Source of the DNA: Candidatus Dormiibacterota bacterium
Lineage (GTDB): Bacteria; Chloroflexota; Dormibacteria; Aeolococcales; Aeolococcaceae
DNA: 64,000 bases
Direction: 5' to 3'
NCBI GenBank assembly: GCA_963718525.1
Contig: OY970355.1
Location: forward strand, 1-64,000
Shown here: positions 9,663 to 20,068 of the stretch, one piece after another
Layout: each line of letters begins with the position of its first letter
Numbering within the stretch: position 1 is the stretch's first letter
Position numbers and translations under genes: made by a program
The notes under the pieces: generated by a model
What the model was told of the DNA's origin: nothing
Databases searched by the model: none
The model's input: only the letters and a program-made list of their open reading frames with translations

Positions 9663-10576
9663 GCGTCTGACGGACGGAGCCGTCCGGCCGTGGCGACCAG
9701 CTCCTCCGGGACCGCTGACTCATAGACGCGTTCGCTTCCGTCGGCGGGATGGCGTAGACGGAGGCGCATGGCGTGCAGGGCCGGACGCCCGAGGGCGGCG
9801 TCGGGTCGCCCGTAGACGGCGTCGCCGACGATCGGATGTCCGATCGACGCGAGATGCACGCGAATCTGGTGGGTGCGCCCCGTGCGCAACGAGACCTCGA
9901 GTATCGTCGCGCCGCTGAGCCGCTCGAGCACGCGAAAGTCGGTGACGGCCTCGCGGCCCCCCTCCACGATTCCCATGCGGCGCCGGTCGCGAGGATGACG
10001 CGCGATCGGCGCGTCGATGGTCCCGGTGTCCTCGCGGAAGCCGCCGTGGACGAGCGCCCAGTACGTGCGCCCGAGGGAACGGTCACTGAGCTGCTTCGCC
10101 AGGCTCCGGTGCGAAGCCTCGGTCTTGGCCACCACGAGCAGCCCGCTGGTGTCGCGGTCGAGACGGTGCACGATCCCGGCACGTTCCGAGCCGCCGAGCA
10201 GCGACCATGTCGTTCCGCGCTCCTTGAGCGCGTCGGCGAGGGTTCCGGTGGGGTGACCGGGGGCCGGGTGAACCACCATGCCGGACGGCTTGTCAACCAC
10301 CGCCAGCCATTCGTCCTCATCGACGACCACCAGGTCCGCCGCGGGTCCCGACGGCGAGCGGGGCGATGGCGCCGCGGCGACATCCGCCTTGACGGGCGCG
10401 GTGACCACCACATCAGCAGTGTCGCGAACGCGCTGGCCGGGTCTGCCCGGACGTCCGTCGACGGTCACGAGCCCGGCATCGATCAGCGTCCGTGCCGCGT
10501 GACGCGTGATGCTTCGCGACCCGGCCAGCCACATGTCGAGTCGTGGTGTGTCGACCGGCGCCGGGGCTGCGGTCAC
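9659..10576 (-). CDS. rluD: RluA/RluD family pseudouridine synthase
   Basis: S4-like N-terminus (RLD), DKPSGMVVHP, GIVHRLDRDTSG, TGRTHQIRVH, LHA; GTG 10576 overlaps the lspA stop. Confidence 0.9.
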   Translation of the reverse strand: MTAAPAPVDTPRLDMWLAGSRSITRHAARTLIDAGLVTVDGRPGRPGQRVRDTADVVVTAPVKADVAAAPSPRSPSGPAADLVVVDEDEWLAVVDKPSGMVVHPAPGHPTGTLADALKERGTTWSLLGGSERAGIVHRLDRDTSGLLVVAKTEASHRSLAKQLSDRSLGRTYWALVHGGFREDTGTIDAPIARHPRDRRRMGIVEGGREAVTDFRVLERLSGATILEVSLRTGRTHQIRVHLASIGHPIVGDAVYGRPDAALGRPALHAMRLRLRHPADGSERVYESAVPEELVATAGRLRPSDA

Positions 10577-11097
10577 GACGGCGCCGACGATGTGGAGGAC
10601 GTCGGCTGGTGCGACGACGGGACGAAGCTGAACACGAGCAGGAGCACGATGGCGATCACGATGCAGCTGTCGGCGACGTTGAACACCGGCCAGAAATGGA
10701 CGTCGATGAAGTCGACCACGTATCCCTGCACCAGCCGGTCGGCGCCGTTCGACAGCGCTCCGCCGAGGATCATGCCGAGCAGGACCTGGCGATACCACGT
10801 GGTCCCGTACCGGTAGCCGGAGAACACGATGTACAGGCTCACGATCAGCGCGACCGCGAGGTACAGCCAGTGCAGCTGCGGCAGCACGCTGAATGCGGCG
10901 CCGCGGTTCTCGACGTGGTCGATCGACACGATGGCACCCGGCCAGATCTGCTTGTCGAGGCCCAGGTGCGATGCCACAAGCCACTTGGTGATGTGGTCGA
11001 CGATGGCGACCGCGGCAGCAGTGCCGAGCATCACCGCGTAGATCCGCCCGCGCGGGATGCGCCCGCGGGCCGTTAGCGCAGCACTCCGAGCCAGCAC
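10573..11097 (-). CDS. lspA: lipoprotein signal peptidase (signal peptidase II)
   Basis: DHITK, NRGAAFS, GGALSNGADR, VVDFI, PVFNVADSCI; GGAGG SD 6 nt before GTG 11097. Confidence 0.94.
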   Translation of the reverse strand: MLARSAALTARGRIPRGRIYAVMLGTAAAVAIVDHITKWLVASHLGLDKQIWPGAIVSIDHVENRGAAFSVLPQLHWLYLAVALIVSLYIVFSGYRYGTTWYRQVLLGMILGGALSNGADRLVQGYVVDFIDVHFWPVFNVADSCIVIAIVLLLVFSFVPSSHQPTSSTSSAPS

Positions 11098-13970
11098 CGT
11101 GCGCCTCCCAGTTCGCCCTCCCATTCCGTGAGTGCCGTATCACGCCGGTCCTCGACGGTGAGCGCGAGCGTCTCGCCTTGCAACCACTCGCGATGGGCGT
11201 CGACGGCTCGGCGCACGTCGCCCTCCGCGTCCACGAGCAGGGTGATGCGATCCTCGACGCGCAGCCCGGCCTGCTTGCGCAGCTCGTTCACCTTGCGGCT
11301 CACCTCGCGCGCCAGCCACTCGAGCCGGAGCTCGTCGGTGATCGTGGTGTCGAGCACCACCGACGCGCGACCGCCCGCAGGGTCGACATACTGCACGCTC
11401 TTGACGTTGAGCTCCTCCATGAAGATCGCCTCGAGCTCAGGATCGAGCGGCGCGCTCGCGAGGGTTGCGCCGGCCAGCGGCTGACGGACACGGACGCCCG
11501 CCGAGGTTCGCGCGGCGAGGCCATCCTCGACGAGCCTGCGCAGCCGGCTCATCTCGACGATCACGTCGGGGTCGCGCCACGCGCCGGCCACCTTGGGATA
11601 GTCGGTGAGGTGCACGGAGTCGGGCATACCGGGCGGCGACGGTGGATCGCCGTTGAAACCGCTGAGGTTGCGATACATCCGCTCCGCCATGAACGGCATG
11701 AACGGCGCGATCAGGCCGGCAAGCGCCATCAGCACGGTCTGCAAGGTTGCGAACGCGGCGAGTGAGTCGTCGCTCGTGCCGGCGCTCTTCCAAAAACGCC
11801 GGCGCGAGCGACGCACGTACCACTTGGAAAGATCCTCGACAAATCCCTCGACTGCATGGACTGCGTCCGATGCGTCGTAGCGCTCCATCGCCTCGCGGAC
11901 CGCGTCCACGGTTTCGGCAAGACGCGCCAGGGTCCAGCGGTCCAGCACGGGACGCTCGATCACGGCGGGGGCGGCCGACGCCGGATCGTATCCCTCGGTG
12001 AGTGCGTAGGTGACGAAGAACGAGTAGACGTTCCACAGCGTCAGCATGAAGAGGCGCACGACGTCCTGGAACGACGCGGGGCTGACGCGCAGCTCCGCAT
12101 TCTCGACGCCCTGCGCGTAGAAGTACCAGCGGGCGGCGTCGGCACCGAACTGGTCGAAGATGGTGGCCGGTTCGATGGTGTTGCCCCGCGACTTCGACAT
12201 CTTCTTGCCCTGCTTGTCGAGCAGGGTGCCGACCACGACACAGTTCTTGTACGCGGGCATGTCGAACAGCAGCGTCGATTCCGCCAGCAGCGAGAAGAAC
12301 CAGCCGCGGGTCTGATCCACCCCTTCGCAGATGAAGTCGGCGGGATGCGTCTGATCGAAGTGTTCCCTGTTCTCGAATGGGTAGTGCTTCTGCGCAAAGG
12401 GCATCGCCCCCGAGTTGTACCAGGCGTCGATGACGTCGGGGACGCGATGCATCAGTCCCTTGCAGGCGGTGCAGGGCAGCGTGACGTCGTCGATGAACGG
12501 GCGATGCAGGTCGTCCGCGGCGGTCAGACCCACGTCCTCGGCGCTGCCCGCGCAGAACTTCTGATCGCAGTCGTCACAGACCCAGATGGGAAGCGGCGTC
12601 CCCCAGTACCGGCTGCGCGACAGGTTCCAGTCGATGAGGCTCTCGAGCCAGTTGCCCATCCGCCCGTCGCGGATGTGGGCCGGCTGCCAGTGCACGCTGC
12701 GGTTGTGAGCAAGGAGACGATGCTTGACTGCGGTGGTCCGTATGAACCACGACGTCAGCGCGTAGTACAGCAAGGGTGTGTCGCAGCGCCAGCAGAACGG
12801 ATACGTGTGCAGGATCCGCTCGGCGCGGTACAGGCTCCCCTGCGCCCTCAGGTCCTCGATGATCTTCGGGTCGGCGTCCTTGACGAACATGCCGCGGTAG
12901 CGTGTCTGCCCGTCGAGGAACCGTCCATCGAGACCGACGACGTGCCGGATCGCGATCCCCATCCGCTGGCACAGCTCGAGGTCGGCGACGCCATATGCGG
13001 CCGCGGTGTGCACGATACCGGTGCCCTCTTCCATGCTCACGAGCTCGGGCGCGTCGAGCACGACAAAGGCGAGCCCGTCCGGAAGCAGGTCGGTGAACAG
13101 CGGCTCGTACGTCAGGTCGACGAGATCCGCACCGTCCATCTCGTCGAGAATCTCGTAGTCGCCGTCGAGCACGGAGAGCCGTTCTTTCGCAAGGATGTAT
13201 AACTCGTCGCCCTGAGCGACCCTGACATACGGCTTGCCCGAGTGGACCGCCAGCGCCACGTTCCCCGGAAGGGTCCATGGCGTCGTCGTCCACGCGAGCA
13301 GAAACGTCGAGCCGTCGGAGTCGTTGAGCCGGAACTTCACGTACACGGACGGGTCCGGCGTGTCCTCCTGATACCCCAGGCTCAGCTCATGCGACGACAG
13401 CGTCGTCTGGCAGCGCGGGCAGTAGGGCGTCACCTTGTAGCCCTGATAGAGCAGGTCCGCGTCCCAGAGCGTTCGCAGACTCCACCAGACCGACTCGATG
13501 TAGGTGCCGTCATACGTGCGGTAGGGGTGGTCGAAATCGAGCCAGAAGCCAAGCCGTTCGCTCATCTCGCGCCACTGGTCGATGTATTCGTTCACCGACG
13601 CCTTGCAGCGTGCGTTGAACTCCGCGATACCGTACTCCTCGATCTGCTTCTTACCGCTGATCTTCAGCGCACGTTCGATCTCGAGCTCGACGGGGAGTCC
13701 GTGCGTGTCCCAACCGGCTTTTCGCGCCACGGAGAACCCGGTCATCTGCTTGTAGCGGGCGAAGACGTCCTTGTACGATCGGGCGAGAACGTGATGCAGC
13801 CCCGGAAGCCCGTTGGCAGTCGGGGGCCCCTCGTAGAAGACGTATGGAGGCGCGTTGCGACGCAGCTCGAGGCTGCGTTCGAAGACGCGGTTGCGCTGCC
13901 AGAAGTCGAGGACCTCGAGTTCGGCTTCGGGAAAGCCCGCGCGGGCGCTGACGGCTGAATACCTGGGCAC
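11073..13970 (-). CDS. ileS: isoleucine--tRNA ligase, IleRS2 type with GLHH signature
   Basis: YEGPPTANGLPGLHH, GWDTHGLPVE, WTTTPWTLP, DWNLSRSRYWG, KMSKS; leaderless TATCCT-7nt-GTG start. Confidence 0.96.
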   Translation of the reverse strand: MPRYSAVSARAGFPEAELEVLDFWQRNRVFERSLELRRNAPPYVFYEGPPTANGLPGLHHVLARSYKDVFARYKQMTGFSVARKAGWDTHGLPVELEIERALKISGKKQIEEYGIAEFNARCKASVNEYIDQWREMSERLGFWLDFDHPYRTYDGTYIESVWWSLRTLWDADLLYQGYKVTPYCPRCQTTLSSHELSLGYQEDTPDPSVYVKFRLNDSDGSTFLLAWTTTPWTLPGNVALAVHSGKPYVRVAQGDELYILAKERLSVLDGDYEILDEMDGADLVDLTYEPLFTDLLPDGLAFVVLDAPELVSMEEGTGIVHTAAAYGVADLELCQRMGIAIRHVVGLDGRFLDGQTRYRGMFVKDADPKIIEDLRAQGSLYRAERILHTYPFCWRCDTPLLYYALTSWFIRTTAVKHRLLAHNRSVHWQPAHIRDGRMGNWLESLIDWNLSRSRYWGTPLPIWVCDDCDQKFCAGSAEDVGLTAADDLHRPFIDDVTLPCTACKGLMHRVPDVIDAWYNSGAMPFAQKHYPFENREHFDQTHPADFICEGVDQTRGWFFSLLAESTLLFDMPAYKNCVVVGTLLDKQGKKMSKSRGNTIEPATIFDQFGADAARWYFYAQGVENAELRVSPASFQDVVRLFMLTLWNVYSFFVTYALTEGYDPASAAPAVIERPVLDRWTLARLAETVDAVREAMERYDASDAVHAVEGFVEDLSKWYVRRSRRRFWKSAGTSDDSLAAFATLQTVLMALAGLIAPFMPFMAERMYRNLSGFNGDPPSPPGMPDSVHLTDYPKVAGAWRDPDVIVEMSRLRRLVEDGLAARTSAGVRVRQPLAGATLASAPLDPELEAIFMEELNVKSVQYVDPAGGRASVVLDTTITDELRLEWLAREVSRKVNELRKQAGLRVEDRITLLVDAEGDVRRAVDAHREWLQGETLALTVEDRRDTALTEWEGELGGARCWLGVLR

Positions 13971-14019
13971 CGGCCCAAGGATACCGGCAGATCGTTCGCT
14001 CACGAACTGAGACGAGCCG

Positions 14020-14715
14020 TTACTCTGCCCGCTCGCCGAAGATCGCGCGACCGATGCGAACCATGGTGGCTCCCTCCTCAATCGCGATTTCGAAGTCGTT
14101 GCTCATCCCCATACTCAGCTCGGGGAGTGCCCACCCGGTGACGTGTTCCATGTGGTCGCGTACACGGCGAAGCCGGACGAACGTTGAGCGGGCATCGTCG
14201 GGATCCCTGGAATACGGGGCGATGGTCATGAGGCCCAGGAGATGAATCGACGGCACGTTGACGAGCTGCTGGACAAGTCCTTCCACGTCGGCTTCGGCAA
14301 CCCCGAAACGGGTTGGGAGCCCGGTGAGCTCGACCTCGAGCATGACGCCGATCGGATCGCGTCCGGGCGGCCGGTGGGATGACAGCGCATCCGCAACCCG
14401 CCAGCTGTCGACCGAGTGCACGAAGTCGAAGAGCGCAGCTGCGCGGCCGGCCTTGTTGGTCTGCAGGTGGCCGATCAGGTGCCAGCTGGCCGCGTTTCGC
14501 ACGTCACGCTGTTTGTCAGCCGCCTCCTGAATTCGGTTCTCGCCGATGTCCTCCACGCCGGCTGCAATGGCTTCGTCGACGCGCGATGCGCTGACCCCCT
14601 TGGTCACGGCGATCAGGCGAACATCCTGCGGATCACGATCGGAACGCACCGCGGCGGCCGCGATCCTAGCGCGCACCGCTTCGAGCCGGTCCGCGACCGG
14701 CGAGGCCTCCTCCAC
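14020..14715 (-). CDS. yggS: YggS family PLP homeostasis protein
   Basis: LIAVTK, GENRIQE, WHLIGHLQTNK, LSMGMSNDFEIAIEEGATMVRIGRAIFGER. Confidence 0.94.
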   Translation of the reverse strand: MEEASPVADRLEAVRARIAAAAVRSDRDPQDVRLIAVTKGVSASRVDEAIAAGVEDIGENRIQEAADKQRDVRNAASWHLIGHLQTNKAGRAAALFDFVHSVDSWRVADALSSHRPPGRDPIGVMLEVELTGLPTRFGVAEADVEGLVQQLVNVPSIHLLGLMTIAPYSRDPDDARSTFVRLRRVRDHMEHVTGWALPELSMGMSNDFEIAIEEGATMVRIGRAIFGERAE

Positions 14716-14725
14716 GGCTGCCAGC

Positions 14726-15265
14726 TTACTTGCCCAGGTCGAGTGGGAGCTCGCGACCATCCGTGTCGCGGCGTTTGCGCGACCGCCGAGCGGTGTCGGG
14801 GCGCGTTCCCGGGGGATGTGCGAGCACGTCCTCGATGGTTGCGCGCATCTCCTGGGCGTCCTTGAACGAGCGATACACCGAAGCAAATCGAATATATGCG
14901 ATCTCGTCGATCTCACGAAGACGCGCCATCACCATCGCGCCGACCTCACGGCTCGGCACCTCCGAGAGGTTCTGACTCCGCAGGGCGTTCTCGATCTCCG
15001 CCACCATCATCTCCAGGTTGCCCGGAGCGAGCTTGGTCTTCTTCGACGCCATCACCAGCCCCGAGAGCAGCTTGGGACGGCTGAACTCCTCGCGCCGCCC
15101 GTCTTTCTTGACGACGTAGAGCGGTGGCACCTCGACGCGTTCGTATGTGGTGAAACGCTTGCCGCAGCCGAGGCACTCTCGACGGCGGCGAATCGCCTCA
15201 CCGGTCTCGGAATCGCGCGAGTCGACGACCTTGATGTCCGTCTCGCCGCAGAACGGGCACTTCAC
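14726..15265 (-). CDS. nrdR: transcriptional repressor NrdR
   Basis: [32 protein letters not shown] cone, AYIRFASVY. Confidence 0.97.
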   Translation of the reverse strand: MKCPFCGETDIKVVDSRDSETGEAIRRRRECLGCGKRFTTYERVEVPPLYVVKKDGRREEFSRPKLLSGLVMASKKTKLAPGNLEMMVAEIENALRSQNLSEVPSREVGAMVMARLREIDEIAYIRFASVYRSFKDAQEMRATIEDVLAHPPGTRPDTARRSRKRRDTDGRELPLDLGK

Positions 15266-15341
15266 CTGCTGCCCCCTGGAGGCTTGGGGTGCAGCTCCGG
15301 CCGGCCGATCCGCCGCGACCGGAGCTGCACCGAACCCAAAC

Positions 15342-16448
15342 CTACCGACGGTCCCTCAGAAACGCGGGGATGTCCAGGTCGTCGACGCTGTACGGCCCGG
15401 TGGGCTTGCCCCCGACGGTGAACGCGGGCTGGCGTTGCTCGGAGGCCATCGGTCGCGCCGACGGCTCGTAGCTGAGGGTGCCGATGACGTCGATCTGGCC
15501 GGTGAACCCGGTGGCGATCACGGTGATCTTCACCTCGCCCTTCATGTGCTCGTCGATGACCGTGCCGAAGATGATCTGCGCATCGGCATCGGCGGACTCG
15601 CTGACGAGCTGCGCCGCCTCATTGACCTCGTAGAGGGTGAGGTCCGGGCCGCCTGTAACGTTGAGCAGGATGCCCTTGGCGCCGGCGATGGTGGTCTCGA
15701 GCAGCGGGCTGGCGACCGCATCCTTGGCCGCGTCCGCGGCCCGCGTGTCGCCGCTCCCGAATCCGATGCCCATGAGCGCCTGACCCTGGCCCTGCATGAT
15801 CGTCTTCACGTCCGCGAAGTCGAGGTTGATCAATCCTGGGAAGACGATGAGATCGCTGATGCCCTGCACGCCCTGGCGCAGCACGTCGTCGGCGACCTTG
15901 AATGCGTCACCGATTGGCGTCTTCTTGTCGACCACCTGCATCAGTCGCTCGTTCGGGATCGTGATCAGCGTGTCGACACGACCCTGGAGGTTGGCGATGC
16001 CCTCCTCCGCCGACTTCTGACGGCGCAGACCCTCGAAGCGAAATGGTTTGGTCACCACCCCGATCGTGAGCGCCCCGGACTCGCGGGCGATCTCGGCGAT
16101 GATCGGTGCGGCGCCGGTGCCCGTGCCACCGCCCATGCCGGCGGTGATGAACACCATGTCGCTGTCGGCGAGCGCTTTGGTCAGCTCCTCACGCAACTCC
16201 TCGGCCGCGTCCTGCCCCTTCTGAGGATCGCCGCCCGCGCCCAGCCCACGGGTGAGCTTGCCGCCGATGCGGATCTTGAGATGAGCGGACGACGAGCTGA
16301 GCGCCTGGTGGTCGGTGTTGATCGCGATGAACTCAACGCCCTTGAGGTTGCTCCGGATCATGCGGTTCACGGCATTGCTGCCGCCGCCGCCGACCCCCAC
16401 GACGCGGATGCGGGCGTTGCCGTCAAGAGTCCGGTCGAGGTCTGCCAT
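15342..16448 (-). CDS. ftsZ: cell division protein FtsZ
   Basis: [34 protein letters not shown]-terminal LDIPAFLR; GAGGAG SD before ATG 16448. Confidence 0.98.
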   Translation of the reverse strand: MADLDRTLDGNARIRVVGVGGGGSNAVNRMIRSNLKGVEFIAINTDHQALSSSSAHLKIRIGGKLTRGLGAGGDPQKGQDAAEELREELTKALADSDMVFITAGMGGGTGTGAAPIIAEIARESGALTIGVVTKPFRFEGLRRQKSAEEGIANLQGRVDTLITIPNERLMQVVDKKTPIGDAFKVADDVLRQGVQGISDLIVFPGLINLDFADVKTIMQGQGQALMGIGFGSGDTRAADAAKDAVASPLLETTIAGAKGILLNVTGGPDLTLYEVNEAAQLVSESADADAQIIFGTVIDEHMKGEVKITVIATGFTGQIDVIGTLSYEPSARPMASEQRQPAFTVGGKPTGPYSVDDLDIPAFLRDRR

Positions 16449-16560
16449 GAGTTTCTCCTCGCGTTGCGTTGTCGTTTCTCGGGTTGGGGGCGAGTGCGGC
16501 GACGATCTCCGGCGGGCCAGTGCATCCCCGGGCTGGTCGAGTCCCTGCGTGCGCAGGTGA

Positions 16561-17796
16561 TCAAAATAGGTCACGAAACCACCTCGAGAACTTGACTCCG
16601 GCGGCGGGCCCGTCCGAGCTCTTGCCGTTGGAGCGCGACGGTTTGCGTGCGACGTTACTCCGGGCTCCCCAGCGCAGCAGACCGACCACCGTCGCGTGGC
16701 TGGGTCCGCGAATCTCGTCGTTCATGCCGTGCAACCCCTGGGGTGCGGCCACGCGCGCGGGCAGATTCGTCTGCTGCTGCACCACCTCCGCGAACCCGCG
16801 CAGCAGCGCGCCACCACCAGTGAGCACGATGCCACCGGGGAACATGCCGAGCGGCCCGGCCCGCTCCACCTCGGCTGCGATCAGCGACGCCATCTCGCGT
16901 GCACGCGGGCCGATGATCTCCGCGAGATACCGTTGCGGCACACCGACGGGCTCGTCGTACCCCATGGGCGTCAGAGTCACCTCTGCGTCGGCGGGGAGCG
17001 TGAGCTGCAGGCAGTGTCCGAAATTCCGTTTCACGGTCTCGGCGGTCTCGAGGTCGCAGCGCAGTCCGACCGCAAGGTCCGCGGTGACATGGTTGCCGCC
17101 GACCGGGATCACGCTCGTATGCACGATGCTGCCGCGCGCGAAGACCGCGATATCGCTGGTGCCACCACCGACATCGACCACGACGACACCACGCTCGATC
17201 TCATCCTCGGTGACGACTGCCTCAGCGGATGCAAGCACCTGGAGGACCATGTCGTCGACGTTGAGCCCCGCTTTGTGCACGACCTTGACGACGTTCTGAA
17301 TCGCTGTGTTCGCACCGGTGATGATGTGCGCGTCAACCTCGAGCCGGTTGCCGGCCATGCCAACGGCGTCGCGAACACCTTCCTGGCCATCGATGGTGAA
17401 GTGCTGCGGGAGCACATGCACGATGCGGCGCTCGGATGGAACACTCACCGCCCGTGCGGCGTCGATGGCGCGATGCACATCCTGGTCGCGCACCTCGCGG
17501 TGACCGGCCTCGACGGCAACCACTCCGCGGCTGTTCTGCGAGGTGATGTGTCCCCCGGCGATCCCGACCACGGCGGAGTCGATGGCTACACCGGACATCT
17601 GCTCTGCCATGTCCACCGCCTCGGCCACCGCCTCGGCGGCACGGTCGATCTCGACGACCGCTCCCTTGCGGACACCCCTGGACGCGACCAGGCCGACACC
17701 CAGGACTCGGAGACCGGTGCTCTCAAGATCTGCCACGGCGCAGCAGACTTTGGTTGTTCCGAGATCGAGTGCGAAGACGCGGCGAGGACGGGTCAC
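16561..17796 (-). CDS. ftsA: cell division protein FtsA
   Basis: [26 protein letters not shown], amphipathic C-terminus FSRWFRDLF. Confidence 0.96.
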   Translation of the reverse strand: MTRPRRVFALDLGTTKVCCAVADLESTGLRVLGVGLVASRGVRKGAVVEIDRAAEAVAEAVDMAEQMSGVAIDSAVVGIAGGHITSQNSRGVVAVEAGHREVRDQDVHRAIDAARAVSVPSERRIVHVLPQHFTIDGQEGVRDAVGMAGNRLEVDAHIITGANTAIQNVVKVVHKAGLNVDDMVLQVLASAEAVVTEDEIERGVVVVDVGGGTSDIAVFARGSIVHTSVIPVGGNHVTADLAVGLRCDLETAETVKRNFGHCLQLTLPADAEVTLTPMGYDEPVGVPQRYLAEIIGPRAREMASLIAAEVERAGPLGMFPGGIVLTGGGALLRGFAEVVQQQTNLPARVAAPQGLHGMNDEIRGPSHATVVGLLRWGARSNVARKPSRSNGKSSDGPAAGVKFSRWFRDLF

Positions 17797-17914
17797 TGAT
17801 TGGTCTCCGAGTGTAGCCGTCGCGGGTGCGCCCTTCAAGGGTTTTCAGGCGCAAAACCGCAAGATGCTGGGTTCGCGCCACCAGTATGCCACAACATGTT
17901 GGTTGTCTTCGAGA

Positions 17915-18062
17915 GGCGAGGGTGCCTGTTGCGGGCATTCCCTAGTCCAATCCCAGCGCGCCGGGATTACCCGTCTCCTCACGCTGGAGACACGGACAGG
18001 GCCTCGCCACTGCACCTTCTGGACGAGGCCCTGTGCGCCGCGGTCTGAGTGGACCGCCGAAG
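17915..18062 (-). ncRNA. candidate structured RNA or long ftsA 5' leader
   Basis: five back-to-back hairpins downstream of an extended -10 (TGC-TACGGT, 18070-18078 minus strand); no convincing ORF. Confidence 0.3.
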
Positions 18063-18095
18063 CTGCGCAACCGTAGCACCGCCGGCCGATTGCGT

Positions 18096-19139
18096 CTACG
18101 TCTCGAGAACGGTCTTCCCCCGCAGGTCGCCCGACGCCATTGCGGCAAACGCGACCGCCGCGTCGCGGAGCGGATGCGTCGAGCCGATCAGCGGTCGCAG
18201 CGCACCGGTGGCGCAGAGGTCGACAAGCCGGCGCAGCTCCCCGCGTGTCCCCATCGTCGTTCCGGCCACGGTGACGCTTCGGAAGAAGATCCGATTCAGC
18301 TGCGCGGGCGGGTTGGCGCCGCCGGTGGCACCGGGGACGACCACGACCCCTCCCGGTTTGACGGCTTTGAGGCTGAGGTCCCAGGTGGGCTCGCCGACGG
18401 TGTCGACCACCGCGTCCACGCCCACACCGCCGGTGGCTCCGATCACGGCTCGAGTGGTCTCGCGCTCGAGCGGGAACGCCGCCTCAGCGCCGAGATCCAC
18501 CGCGAGCGCCCGCTTGGCCTCGTCGCGTGATGTGGCGAAGACGGTGATCCCGGCGAGCCGTGCGAGCAGGATGCAGGCGGTGGCGACGCCGCCGCTGGCG
18601 CCCTGAACGAGCACGCTCATACCCGGGTGGAGCCCCGCACGCGTGAAGAGCGCGCGATATGCGGTCAGGTATGCGGTGGGGAGGCATGCCGCATCGGCAA
18701 AGCTCACCTGGTTCGGGATCGGGATCAGGTTCTCGCTCGGGATCTCGACGTACTCAGCGAGCGCCCCGGACAGCGGAGGCTCGCTCAGCATCCGGAAGGT
18801 GCGGCAGGCGAGCGGGGCATCGCTCAGGCACGCCGCGCAGTGCCCGCAGGTCGTGATCGGATAGACGACCACCCGGGCGCCGATCTCCGGCGCCCCCTCG
18901 GGAGGATCGCCGCCGTAGCCGGCGACCTCGCCGGCGGCGTCACACCCGAGGATCTGGGGCGGGATCACCGGGGTGGATGACACCCCTCGCAGAGTCCAGA
19001 GGTCGTGGTGATTGAGCGATGCGGCACGCACCCTCACGAGCGCCCATCCGGGCCGCGGCGACGGCGTGGGCTGGTCCCCGACCGCGAGATTCGCGAGCGG
19101 ATCATCGCCACCAACGGCCGACGCGTATGCCGCAAGCAT
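18096..19139 (-). CDS. zinc-binding MDR-family dehydrogenase / quinone oxidoreductase
   Basis: ASLNHHDLW, ILGCDAAG, CGHCAAC, QGASGGVA; leaderless TACGGT-7nt-ATG. Confidence 0.9.
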   Translation of the reverse strand: MLAAYASAVGGDDPLANLAVGDQPTPSPRPGWALVRVRAASLNHHDLWTLRGVSSTPVIPPQILGCDAAGEVAGYGGDPPEGAPEIGARVVVYPITTCGHCAACLSDAPLACRTFRMLSEPPLSGALAEYVEIPSENLIPIPNQVSFADAACLPTAYLTAYRALFTRAGLHPGMSVLVQGASGGVATACILLARLAGITVFATSRDEAKRALAVDLGAEAAFPLERETTRAVIGATGGVGVDAVVDTVGEPTWDLSLKAVKPGGVVVVPGATGGANPPAQLNRIFFRSVTVAGTTMGTRGELRRLVDLCATGALRPLIGSTHPLRDAAVAFAAMASGDLRGKTVLET

Positions 19140-19165
19140 TTGGCGGACCGTAGCATGTGCTCACC

Positions 19166-20056
19166 ATGCGTCTCGATAGCGTCCTTGAAGGTCGGCGCCA
19201 GCCGGTCTTCTCCTTCGAGTTCTTCCCGCCGAAGACCGACGACGGCGTGCGCCAGCTCTTCGAGGCGATCTCGCATCTCCGCGAGCTGGAGCCGACATTC
19301 GTCTCGGTGACGTACGGCGCAGGGGGCTCGGTGCGAACCCGGACGGTCGAGGTGGTGACGCGGATCCGCCGTGAGCTCGACATCGAGCCGGTGGCGCACC
19401 TGACCTGCGTCGACGCCACAGTCGCCGACCTGCAGGGCATCCTCGACGGCCTGCGTGACGCGGGGATCGACAACGTCCTGGCACTCCGCGGGGATCCGCC
19501 GGAAGGTACCGAGCGTTTCACGGCGACCGCCGGAGGGTTGGCGCATGGCAGCGAGCTGATCGAGATGATCACGAGCCGCTACGCCTTCTGCGTCGGGAGC
19601 GCTTGCTATCCAGAAAAGCACCCCGAGTCAGCGGATGCCGACGAGGACGTGCGCTCCGCGCTGCGCAAGGCCGACGCCGGCGCCAGCTACCTGATCACGA
19701 ACCTCTTCTTCGACAACCGGCCGTACTTCGACTTCGTCGCGAGGGCACGTGCGGCCGGAGTCACCGTTCCGATCATCCCGGGGATCATGCCGGTCACCAA
19801 CGTCGGACAGATCCGGCGGTTCACGTCCAAGATCGGCGCCACCATTCCCGAAGCGCTCCTGGACGCTCTGCGGTCGCGCGAGGACGACCCTGAAGCGGTG
19901 CTGCAGCTCGGTGTGGCCTGGGCGACGCTCCAGTGCGCTGAGCTGCTCGCGGGAGGTGCGCCGGGCGTCCACTTCTTCACGATGAATCGCTCGCCGGCGA
20001 CCCGCGCGATCCTCTCCGCGCTGCGCGCCGCGCGACCGTGGGAGCGAGTCCGCTAG
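19166..20056 (+). CDS. metF: 5,10-methylenetetrahydrofolate reductase
   Basis: FSFEFFPPK, FVSVTYGAGG, AHLTC, LALRGD, YPEKHP, PGIMP, HFFTMN. Confidence 0.96.
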   Translation: MRLDSVLEGRRQPVFSFEFFPPKTDDGVRQLFEAISHLRELEPTFVSVTYGAGGSVRTRTVEVVTRIRRELDIEPVAHLTCVDATVADLQGILDGLRDAGIDNVLALRGDPPEGTERFTATAGGLAHGSELIEMITSRYAFCVGSACYPEKHPESADADEDVRSALRKADAGASYLITNLFFDNRPYFDFVARARAAGVTVPIIPGIMPVTNVGQIRRFTSKIGATIPEALLDALRSREDDPEAVLQLGVAWATLQCAELLAGGAPGVHFFTMNRSPATRAILSALRAARPWERVR

Positions 20057-20068
20057 GGGGTCGACCGA

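Noticed and set aside
8509-11143. Long ORF-track calls 8509..10413 (634 aa) and 9659..11143 (494 aa)
   Set aside because: Their N-terminal extensions are off-frame read-through over gmk, rluD and lspA; the real starts are 9078 and 10576
17892-17901. CAACATGTTG palindrome upstream of ftsA as an SOS box
   Set aside because: It does not match GAAC-N4-GTTC and is too short to assign
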